This document shows, piece after piece, positions 1 through 7,389 of a stretch of DNA of 64,000 nt (the stretch's first letter is position 1; each line of letters begins with the position of its first letter). The stretch comes from an uncultured Alphaproteobacteria bacterium. GTDB taxonomy: Bacteria; Pseudomonadota; Alphaproteobacteria; Rs-D84. Under the pieces are notes generated by a model, which made no database searches, had not been told where the DNA came from, and was given only the letters and a program-made list of their open reading frames with translations. Location of the stretch: assembly GCA_934232895.1 (NCBI GenBank), contig CAKQGH010000005.1:1422-65421 (forward strand). Reading direction: 5' to 3'. Both the position numbers and the translations under genes were made by a program.

Positions 1-33
1 TTTGACAATCCCTTTCAGTTCTTTTTTTGCCAT
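1..33 (-). CDS. rplK: 50S ribosomal protein L11, first 11 codons only (gene runs off the window)
   Basis: The reverse complement of 1-33 reads MAKKELKGIVK, an L11-like N-terminus. Its position downstream of secE-nusG on the same strand matches the conserved order. Confidence 0.5.
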   Translation of the reverse strand, partial: MAKKELKGIVK

Positions 34-132
34 TTGTTCACTCCATTTGTTTTGGTTAGTGCGGCGGTTCGATGTGGCGCATCTGCCGCCCAGATTTTTA
101 GCGAAACCATTTCGCAAAAATCCAAAAACTTT

Positions 133-273
133 CTATTGTTGGCGCGTCCGCAAATTCGCAACCATTTCTGCCACCCGCGCCGTACGTTCGGCTGCTATTT
201 TCTTGGCCAAATCCTGGGCGGCCGGTGTCGCACGCCATTTATTTACCGCGCGCACAACATCATCAATTGTCAT
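133..273 (-). CDS. Possible 46-aa small ORF between nusG and rplK
   Basis: The minus strand encodes MTIDDVVRAVNKWRATPAAQDLAKKIAAERTARVAEMVANLRTRQQ. The Shine-Dalgarno (aaagag) is weak. The peptide is hydrophilic and helical-looking and has no recognisable family. Confidence 0.25.
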   Translation of the reverse strand: MTIDDVVRAVNKWRATPAAQDLAKKIAAERTARVAEMVANLRTRQQ

Positions 274-291
274 AAACTCTTTCGCCAAGTG

Positions 292-825
292 TTATACCCT
301 TTCGACCTCGTTAAAATTCAGTTCGACACTGGTTTCACGGCCAAATACCAAAATTGTCGCGGTCATTTTTTGTTTCAGATTATCAACCTCGGCCACGATA
401 CCGTTAAACCCATTGAATGGACCATCAATAACATGCACTTCTTGACCAACCTCGTATTCAACCTCGTCCACGGAAACGGCACCCTCTTCGACCTGTTTCA
501 ACAGACGGCGTGCTTCTTCCTCGCTGACGGCGATTGGTTTGTTTTTTGCACCCAAGAACATAACAACCTGGGGCATCAATTTCACCAACGAAAACGTTTC
601 GTTATTCAAAACCATTTGGACAACGATGTAACCAGGAAAGAATTTCTTTTCAGATTTTACACGTTTGCCGCCCTTGATTTCAGTGACCTCGCGCGTAGGA
701 ACCAGAATTTCGCCAAACAACGCATTCAAACGACGTTTATCAATTTGTTCGCGCAGGCCGCGTGCAACCTTGTCTTCACAGCCAGTATGAACATTCACAA
801 CAAACCATTGCATTTTTTCTTCCAT
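292..825 (-). CDS. nusG: Transcription termination/antitermination factor NusG
   Basis: The ORF is 177 aa. It has an NGN-type N-terminus (WFVVNVHTGCEDKV) and a KOW-type C-terminus (GQEVHVIDGPFNGFNGIVAEVD), and lies between secE and rplK. Confidence 0.95.
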   Translation of the reverse strand: MEEKMQWFVVNVHTGCEDKVARGLREQIDKRRLNALFGEILVPTREVTEIKGGKRVKSEKKFFPGYIVVQMVLNNETFSLVKLMPQVVMFLGAKNKPIAVSEEEARRLLKQVEEGAVSVDEVEYEVGQEVHVIDGPFNGFNGIVAEVDNLKQKMTATILVFGRETSVELNFNEVERV

Positions 826-843
826 TTTGCACCCTCTGCCCGT

Positions 844-1023
844 TTAGAAAATCCAACTTACCAGCGCATTCAGCACACTGTCCACCGCAAAGAAGAACAA
901 TGCCGCCGCCGCCGAAAAAACCAGAATCATACCAGTCGCACGAATAACAGTATCACGCGAAGGCCACACAATTTTGAACCATTCGCCGCGTACCGAATTA
1001 ATATAATCAATAATCTTTTTCAT
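844..1023 (-). CDS. secE: Preprotein translocase subunit SecE
   Basis: The internal Met at 1023 gives MKKIIDYINSVRGEWFKIVWPSRDTV followed by one C-terminal TM helix. The longer 844-1104 ORF would run into the duplicated tRNA-Trp terminator sequence. Confidence 0.85.
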   Translation of the reverse strand: MKKIIDYINSVRGEWFKIVWPSRDTVIRATGMILVFSAAAALFFFAVDSVLNALVSWIF

Positions 1024-1051
1024 AAATTCGCCCACCGTGCTCGCTTCATTA

Positions 1052-1111
1052 TAAATTCCCGAAAATATGGACAAGCCATATTTTGGGGAATTTGGCAGAG
1101 GCAAAAGGAAT
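1052..1111 (-). repeat. Duplicate of the tRNA-Trp 3' end plus its downstream hairpin (copy A, no tRNA body)
   Basis: This 60-nt block is identical to 1231-1290 except for one base (a at 1099 vs g at 1278). It contains tggcagRggcaaaaggaat, the reverse complement of the tRNA acceptor/T-arm 3' strand, and the hairpin aaaatatgg-acaag-ccatatttt. Confidence 0.8.
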
Positions 1112-1230
1112 GTTCGGACTGCGCCTCACCACTCGTACGGATTTCGCCGCGCTGCGCTTGCAAAATCCAACTCGTACGCGAACACCATCTTATTTTATCC
1201 GGGTCCGCTTCCCTTTGCCACCACGTAATC

Positions 1231-1290
1231 TAAATTCCCGAAAATATGGACAAGCCATATTTTGGGGAATTTGGCAGGGGCAAAAGGAAT
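1231..1290 (-). repeat. Copy B of the 60-nt repeat, overlapping the genuine tRNA-Trp 3' end and its terminator hairpin
   Basis: See copy A. The two copies are direct repeats 179 nt apart. Confidence 0.8.
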
Positions 1291-1345
1291 CGAACCCTTA
1301 TCCGCGGTTTTGGAGACCGATATTCTACCGTTGAACTATGCCCCT
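1272..1345 (-). tRNA. trnW: tRNA-Trp (anticodon CCA)
   Basis: A 74-nt cloverleaf can be drawn by hand. The acceptor pairs AGGGGCA/TGCCCCT, the anticodon loop is CTCCAAA, the T-loop is TTCGATT, and CCA is encoded. It sits in the classic position upstream of secE-nusG. Confidence 0.93.
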
Positions 1346-1528
1346 GTTTCTACTGTCGTTTTGCCCGCATTTGTATATGCCGCAGCCCCCGATAGTCTGG
1401 CCCAGCATAGCATACCCGAACGAAAATGCAAGCATAAAAGCGCAAATATTATAAGATTTTAATAAAATATTCGCAAGCAAAATCTGAAACATACTTTTAT
1501 TAAAATATGATTTTGGCGCACTTTTTGC

Positions 1529-1558
1529 TTGCAAGGCGCGGCACTTTTTGTCTACAAT
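1529..1558 (+). promoter_or_regulatory. Putative sigma70-type promoter for the virB8 operon
   Basis: TTGCAA (1529-1534) and TACAAT (1553-1558) are separated by an 18-nt spacer, about 27 nt upstream of the virB8 start. Confidence 0.4.
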
Positions 1559-1584
1559 CCACCCATACCAAGGAGAGATTTTCG

Positions 1585-2262
1585 TTGCAAGACCGCATAG
1601 AACCGCCAATTTTGCTGTCACGACTGGTTGTGTTCCTGTTCGCAGGGGCGGTTGTTGTGCTGGCCGCGTTGGGATTCACATTGTATAAAATGTTCCCACT
1701 GAACCGGCCCCAGGTGTATTTTTTAATGACCCAACCACGGGAAAATTTGGAGATAACATTGACCGAATTGCCCCCAACGGACGAAAATATGAAATGGTTT
1801 ATGCGCGCATTCATTCGTGAATATATCAAGGCGCGCAATGAAATCACCCCAGACAGTCGCGCAATGTTGCGCAAATGGAACAATGACGAAAATGGCGTTG
1901 TTCATACCTGGTCGACACCTGATGTTTATGCGGCATTCACCCAAACGAATATGTGGACCGCGTTGATGAACAACACACCCGATTTTGAATTCAGTTGCAG
2001 TGTTGAATTTGAAAACGGTGCAATTACCCCACGCACGGCCGACACATTCGCGGCAAGTTTCAAGTATTTTTGTGAAGATAGTGGTGGACAGACCGATAAA
2101 AAAGATTATACAATCATAGTGAAATTACAAATGGACGATAATGCCACATTAAAGTGGTCTGATCGTTTGGATAACCCGTTGGGGTTGCGTGTGTCAGAAT
2201 ATAAAATTGAATCTGGCAATGGCGATCCGCTGAACACGGGTTATCTGGCCAGTGGGGAATAG
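1585..2262 (+). CDS. virB8: Type IV secretion system protein VirB8-like
   Basis: A TTG start at 1585 is preceded by AAGGAGAG (1570-1577). The protein has a short N-tail, one TM helix (LVVFLFAGAVVVLAALGF), and a periplasmic domain with FIREYIKARNEI. It ends RLDNPLGLRVSEYKI, matching the conserved VirB8 NPLGF-x-V-x-x-Y motif. Confidence 0.85.
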   Translation: MQDRIEPPILLSRLVVFLFAGAVVVLAALGFTLYKMFPLNRPQVYFLMTQPRENLEITLTELPPTDENMKWFMRAFIREYIKARNEITPDSRAMLRKWNNDENGVVHTWSTPDVYAAFTQTNMWTALMNNTPDFEFSCSVEFENGAITPRTADTFAASFKYFCEDSGGQTDKKDYTIIVKLQMDDNATLKWSDRLDNPLGLRVSEYKIESGNGDPLNTGYLASGE

Positions 2263-2290
2263 TCCCATACAAAAAGCGAAGGACAGGGTT

Positions 2291-3823
2291 ATGATTTTTA
2301 AGACTGCGATTAAATTAAACATTTCGATTTTGTGTTTGGCGGCGTTTTGTGCATCGGCACATGCGGCGGGCATTAATTATGGCGTACAAGACGCATGGGA
2401 CAACCCAACCGCAAACATGGCATCGGGCAGTACCAAACCCGGATATGCCCAATTGTCATGGACCGCAGGCAGTGTTTTACCAATTAAATTGCGCAATGGA
2501 ATGGTGACCATGGTGTCATTGCCAAATGGCGAACAAATTTCCGACGCCGTTATCGGGAACCAGGGTCTGTTCACGATTGAGGCGAACCAAGGCGACCGCA
2601 CAATGATTATCAGCCCGGAATCCAGCAACCAGGGTTCGGACACAAACCTGATTGTGACGGGAAAATCTGGCAATAAATACATATTCTATTTGCGCAGTGA
2701 ACCATCTAATTCCAGTGAAATTACATATTCCCAGGTTGATGTTGTTTTGGATGGAAACGCAACATTGCCAAACGCCACGGGGGCGACAACCGCAACCGGT
2801 GGTGCATCGTCTATATTCAAAAAATCGGCCCCGGCATCGACCGTTGTTGGCGCCGATGGCGAAGATTATGGTTGGATTAAATCGATGAAGATTGATCCAT
2901 CGGAATTCCGTTTTGATTTGGATATATTTGTTCCAAACCCCGATGATTATGTGATTGCGCCCGAACGCGTATGGCGCGACAAAATATTCACATACATTGA
3001 TTTTGGGGACAAGGTCATCGCCATGACCCAGCGCCCGGTCGTATCATTATTGGTCGAGGGCGGCGAATCCCCGGTTGGTTTCCGCACCGATGGCGAAGAT
3101 GGTCGCCTGTTGATTGTCGAGGCCGTGGGCGATATGGTTCTGCGCAGCGGTCAACGCATTGTGTGCATTAAAAAGCGCGCCAAACCGTTCTTGATTGCCG
3201 ACACGGCGTCCGTCATGGCATTGGCCGAGGCGAATGTTGCCCAATCGATGATGTCGGGCCAATCGTTGAACAATATGGCATATACGATGGATCAAAATGC
3301 CATAAATGCCGCGGGTATAAATTACACCGGCACACCGGTCTATGTTGGCAATAACGACGCAATCAGTGGCACGGGATATTACATGCCGGCGGGCACAATG
3401 GCGACCACCGTTGCAACAACCGTGTCGGGCACAACATCGGGCGTGAATATGATGCCAACCGAACGTTTAACGGCGGGTTCGTATTTACCACAATCAAACA
3501 TTCCATTGATTACCAGCAACCAATCCGGCGTTGCGGTTGAATTAAAATCTGACACATCGGTCAAGGCATTGGATGAATACTGGACCGGTCTGTTGGCGAA
3601 ATTCAGTGGCGACGATGGCCAGGGATTATTGACCCCATATAAAGATATGGTGTTCTTTGCGGTTGACGAACAGGGTGTTGGCGAACTGGGCGCGACATCG
3701 CGTGCGGCGCGCCTGTACCGTTTGCGCATTGGACCTATGTCTGATATTGATACGGCGCAAAAATTGTGCGACCAGTTGCTGAAATTCAGCGGGGCCAGTT
3801 GCAGCGTTGTTCGGATTCAATAA
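2291..3823 (+). CDS. virB9: VirB9/CagX/TrbG-like T4SS outer-membrane core protein with a C-terminal SPOR-like domain
   Basis: The start is ATG 2291 and the signal peptide ends ASAHAAG. The N-domain reads VTMVSLPNGEQISDAVIGNQGLFTIE...TNLIVTGKSGNKYIFYL. The C-domain reads ERVWRDKIFTYIDFGD...VSLLVEGGESPVGFR...LRSGQRIVCIKK. An extra tail ends LYRLRIGPMSDIDTAQKLCDQLLKFSGASCSVV. Confidence 0.85.
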   Translation: MIFKTAIKLNISILCLAAFCASAHAAGINYGVQDAWDNPTANMASGSTKPGYAQLSWTAGSVLPIKLRNGMVTMVSLPNGEQISDAVIGNQGLFTIEANQGDRTMIISPESSNQGSDTNLIVTGKSGNKYIFYLRSEPSNSSEITYSQVDVVLDGNATLPNATGATTATGGASSIFKKSAPASTVVGADGEDYGWIKSMKIDPSEFRFDLDIFVPNPDDYVIAPERVWRDKIFTYIDFGDKVIAMTQRPVVSLLVEGGESPVGFRTDGEDGRLLIVEAVGDMVLRSGQRIVCIKKRAKPFLIADTASVMALAEANVAQSMMSGQSLNNMAYTMDQNAINAAGINYTGTPVYVGNNDAISGTGYYMPAGTMATTVATTVSGTTSGVNMMPTERLTAGSYLPQSNIPLITSNQSGVAVELKSDTSVKALDEYWTGLLAKFSGDDGQGLLTPYKDMVFFAVDEQGVGELGATSRAARLYRLRIGPMSDIDTAQKLCDQLLKFSGASCSVVRIQ

Positions 3824-3842
3824 TTGATGGCGGATGTTATAA

Positions 3843-6344
3843 ATGAATCGCATAAAAAAACAAATTGTAAATTTGCGTAAATCCACACCGCAAAGTGTCC
3901 AGTGGTTGTTGCTGGGCGCGGCGTTTATTGTGGTGCTGATTTTAATGACCATGTTGATTGGTGGCCGCGGGAACAAGCAAATTGCGACCGACGATGATGC
4001 GCCAATCGCATTGCGCACGGTTCCGGAAACGGAATCTGTGAATTGGGGGAATATTCGCGTTGGTACCACCGAAAAAGACAGCATAAAAATATTTGCATCT
4101 GCCCCGGCCAAGGTTATCAAGGTGCGTCTGAACCAGGATGTGCCGGGTTTTCGTGTTTCTGAAACATGTGGTCGTATGGCGCAAATAAACGAAAACACAT
4201 CGTGCACGATATCAATGGAATATGCGCCAACCGCGGCGGCCGATGTAATAACAACCGCATTGTTTATTGATTGGCGCGGCGCGGATCAACCCGACAAAAT
4301 GCAGAAAACCGATAAAATCGTATTGGTGTTGGGCGCCACCGCCCCGGAACAATCAAAAACCACAACGACCGGTTCCAATGCCGATACCACCAAGGCCCCC
4401 AGCGCGGCCGCCACAAAAAGCGAGCCCGCCCCCGCCCCATTTATTGACACACCCGCACCGACCAAGGCCGATATAAAACAAGAAATTGCAACAATTGCCC
4501 CATCGGATCCATTTACCGATGATGACGATGACTATGTCGCGCCGGCGCCCGCGAAAAAGGCCGAGCCCGCGGTTGTTGAACGCACCAATACCAAAAAGAC
4601 CGAGGCATGTTCCGCGTTTGCATTCCCGGGATATAATTCAACCGGCACACAAATCGGGTGGATAAAGCCCGAAAATGGCGCGTACTATTTTCATCCGTTT
4701 TCGGATAAAGAATGCAAAAATCCAACCGGGACATATAATCCCGACACCGGTTTAATTACCGATATAAAAAATGCCGGTAAAAAAATTGGAACCGATGCCG
4801 AACATATTGGGTACACCGCAATTGCATCAAATGGTGCGTTGCCGCAATTATCAAACCCGGTCCAGAAAAATAAAAACCGCGCATATCAATTGACCACCGA
4901 TGAATTGATGGCAATGGATGGCGCCATGTCTGGGGCCGAGGACGCATCGCGTTTCCGCGCCGGCATTACCATGAACATAAAACCAGATGACACGGTGTTT
5001 GGCACCAGTGGTATGGACGCGGTATTTTCATCCGACCCATTTGACCGTACGTTTGTGTTGCGCCAGTATAAACCAATTCCGGCCACCATTGTGTCCGAGG
5101 TTCGTGCCGACCCATCGTTATATGATGGAAAAGAAAAAAGTTTACCGGTACGCGCGACGGTTGACCGAAATGTATATTCCGACAATGGTCGCACAGTTGT
5201 TATACCGGCGGGCACATTGATGTTGGGATATGTCACGGGTGATATTCCGGGGCCATATAAAACAATTGGTCGTATGGATATTCGTTGGTACCAATTTATA
5301 TTGCCCAGTGGCGTTGAATTCAATTTTGATGGTGGTGGCGACACCGACCCATTTTCGGGCGATTCCCAGGGGCGCGTTGGTGTTCCCGGATACGGCAGTA
5401 CCGATTATGTGGAACAATTTGTTATGCCATTGCTGACATCGCTGGTGCCGGCGGCGGTGAATATGATTGCGCCAATATCGGACCGTTTTGTAAACCAAAT
5501 TGATTTGGATAATAACACCGTTGTTCAATCGGGTACCGTGCGTTCATCGGAATTGGCGAAAAATGAAATCATTACCGCATGGAACCAGGTTGCCCAGAAA
5601 TTAGTTGTAGATATGATGGACAACACCGTTCCGCCGTTTTCAATTGCGGCCGGCACACGCATAACCGTGTTTCCACCAACCGATTTGGTTTTAACCTGTG
5701 GCAGTGACGCCAGTAAAAAATGTTCTGTATCGACATTGGAACAAACCACCGGTTATGCCAATTTGAATCGTCGCAATCAGCGCGCTGATTGGAAACACAG
5801 TGGCGAGGTCGATTATGCCGATGGTTCATGGGTTGGCCAGGTTCGTTCATTTAACCTGAGCAGTGATTACTGCAAACAGGACAAAGATGGTCTGTGGGAT
5901 GTGAACGAGGACAACATCAGCGGCCTCTATTCCGAAGGGTATGATTACAGAACGATATTGATGTATTGCAAATCGCTGAATTACCAGGCGAAAAACAATG
6001 CGCGCCAGGATGCGGTGTACAAAAACCAACAGGAACAGTTCAAATCGACATACGAGGCCAGCGGCAGCGCCGGCGGCGTGTCGGGGCAAACTGTGTCGGG
6101 CAATCAGACATATAACACTGAAATATTGGGACTGAAATATAACGATGATGGTTCAATTCAAAATCCATTTGAATCATCGGCCAAAGGCGAAGAACAAGCC
6201 GCCCAGGCCATCATTACGTGCGAGGATGGCACCGCCCCAGATGCAAACGGATGCTGTACCGGTGAAATCTACACCGACATGGGCGAAGCCGGATTCAATT
6301 GTTGTCCCGAAACGGGTGGCGATTGTTTCCCGCCGATATTGTAA
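3843..6344 (+). CDS. virB10: VirB10/TrbI-like T4SS protein, unusually long (833 aa)
   Basis: The N-terminal TM helix is WLLLGAAFIVVLILMTMLIGG, followed by a Pro/Ala/Thr-rich linker. The TrbI-type core reads PATIVSEVRADP...LPVRATVDRNVYSDNGRTVVIPAGTLMLGYV...RMDIRWYQFILPSGVEF...DSQGRVGVPGY...AAGTRITVF. Extra N- and C-terminal modules are present. Confidence 0.85.
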   Translation: MNRIKKQIVNLRKSTPQSVQWLLLGAAFIVVLILMTMLIGGRGNKQIATDDDAPIALRTVPETESVNWGNIRVGTTEKDSIKIFASAPAKVIKVRLNQDVPGFRVSETCGRMAQINENTSCTISMEYAPTAAADVITTALFIDWRGADQPDKMQKTDKIVLVLGATAPEQSKTTTTGSNADTTKAPSAAATKSEPAPAPFIDTPAPTKADIKQEIATIAPSDPFTDDDDDYVAPAPAKKAEPAVVERTNTKKTEACSAFAFPGYNSTGTQIGWIKPENGAYYFHPFSDKECKNPTGTYNPDTGLITDIKNAGKKIGTDAEHIGYTAIASNGALPQLSNPVQKNKNRAYQLTTDELMAMDGAMSGAEDASRFRAGITMNIKPDDTVFGTSGMDAVFSSDPFDRTFVLRQYKPIPATIVSEVRADPSLYDGKEKSLPVRATVDRNVYSDNGRTVVIPAGTLMLGYVTGDIPGPYKTIGRMDIRWYQFILPSGVEFNFDGGGDTDPFSGDSQGRVGVPGYGSTDYVEQFVMPLLTSLVPAAVNMIAPISDRFVNQIDLDNNTVVQSGTVRSSELAKNEIITAWNQVAQKLVVDMMDNTVPPFSIAAGTRITVFPPTDLVLTCGSDASKKCSVSTLEQTTGYANLNRRNQRADWKHSGEVDYADGSWVGQVRSFNLSSDYCKQDKDGLWDVNEDNISGLYSEGYDYRTILMYCKSLNYQAKNNARQDAVYKNQQEQFKSTYEASGSAGGVSGQTVSGNQTYNTEILGLKYNDDGSIQNPFESSAKGEEQAAQAIITCEDGTAPDANGCCTGEIYTDMGEAGFNCCPETGGDCFPPIL

Positions 6345-6384
6345 TTGGCCGCCTGTGAATTATATATTCGGCGTAATGAAATTA

Positions 6385-6410
6385 AACGCGCAAATTATTG
6401 CGCGTTTTTT
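6385..6410 (+). terminator. Rho-independent terminator after virB10
   Basis: A 9-bp stem pairs aacgcgcaa with ttgcgcgtt around loop atta, followed by a T-run. Confidence 0.7.
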
Positions 6411-6573
6411 ATTTGATTTTTCGATTCGAGCGACAAACACAAAAACACCGCAACGAATCGAAAAACCGAATCAAATTTCAACCGCGGGTTGTACCTTTTT
6501 ACACCCGTCTTGCATTTGATTATATATCATACCCACAGGGAGAATTTATTCCCATAAACCAAGGAGGAAAAAA

Positions 6574-6930
6574 ATGACATCACAACAACATATACACATC
6601 GAATATGCACCTGAAAAATTCCAGAACGCCGAACAATTGTGGTTTTGGTTTTTGTATTCCAAATCGGTGCAAAACGGGTTTATGCACGGGGCCACGCACG
6701 CCACGCGACGTTGCGCGGAATTGTTGGATGTGGAAATGCTGATAACAAAATTGTATCTGTGTGGGAAATTGACCGATGAACAATTGAATGTAATGAAAGA
6801 ATTTGGTGACCGCCGCCGCGCACCACATCACTATATTTGGGCGGAAAATCGCGCGGCAGATTTGTGGCGACGCGCAATGGAAACAATCGATGTCGCCGCA
6901 CGCGCACGCGGTTGGTTGGTAAATGAATAA
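6574..6930 (+). CDS. Hypothetical protein (118 aa)
   Basis: A strong RBS (aaggagga) lies 6-7 nt upstream of the ATG. The composition is plausibly coding. I recognise no family. Confidence 0.6.
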   Translation: MTSQQHIHIEYAPEKFQNAEQLWFWFLYSKSVQNGFMHGATHATRRCAELLDVEMLITKLYLCGKLTDEQLNVMKEFGDRRRAPHHYIWAENRAADLWRRAMETIDVAARARGWLVNE

Positions 6931-7273
6931 ATCGGGGGCGTACAATGATGATTATTGCATTTTCAACGCACACATCGAAAATGCTGCCACGCCTGTTGTG
7001 CCGGCGGTTTCGGCACTGTGCACCGATACTGTGCATGCGTGGCACGCGACCATTTGTTATGTATCAATTCGTGCGGCGTGGATGCGTGTCAAAAATACGA
7101 CTGGCACGACGCGATATAAATATACTGCGCGCGCACGGTTGGGAATTCATACGCGTGCCGCGCGCCCCAACCCCGCGCGAACATTGGCAACACGCGTTTT
7201 CGTGTGTTGATATGACAAAACGCGCCATCGGAATGCACGCGCCAATGGTTCAAACACCAAATGGCCTGTATAA

Positions 7274-7300
7274 AAAAACCGCCCCGTTGGGGCGGTTTTT
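7274..7300. terminator. Bidirectional intrinsic terminator
   Basis: The sequence is aaaaaccgcccc-gtt-ggggcggttttt, a GC-rich stem flanked by A- and T-runs. Confidence 0.7.
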
Positions 7301-7359
7301 AGAGCATAGATAAAAGAGCATAGAGAATAGATTGTGCGCCGTCTGGCGCACATGCCTTA

Positions 7360-7389
7360 TTGTCATTCCTGCGTAGGCAGGAATGACAA
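7360..7389. repeat. Perfect 13-bp inverted repeat (REP/terminator-like hairpin)
   Basis: ttgtcattcctgc and gcaggaatgacaa flank a gtag loop, downstream of the minus-strand gene ending at 7455. Confidence 0.7.

Noticed and set aside
1112-1230. A possible second tRNA gene between the two copies of the tRNA-Trp 3' end.
   Set aside because: There is no 5' acceptor strand complementary to the duplicated 3' end (AGAGGCA is absent). No D-arm or anticodon arm can be drawn. Only the 3' 19 nt are tRNA-like.
34-1233. A 399-aa plus-strand ORF, the longest ORF at the window start.
   Set aside because: It lies antisense to nusG and secE and runs across a tRNA-related repeat. Its composition is Arg/His/Phe/Asn-skewed with no motifs. 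It is a shadow ORF of the real minus-strand genes.
6945-7313. A 122-aa ORF, and the overlapping 6923-7210 ORF, after the 6574-6930 gene.
   Set aside because: The composition is Arg/Cys/His-rich and not protein-like. The longer ORF reads through the stem of a strong terminator. I treat the region as non-coding or uncertain.
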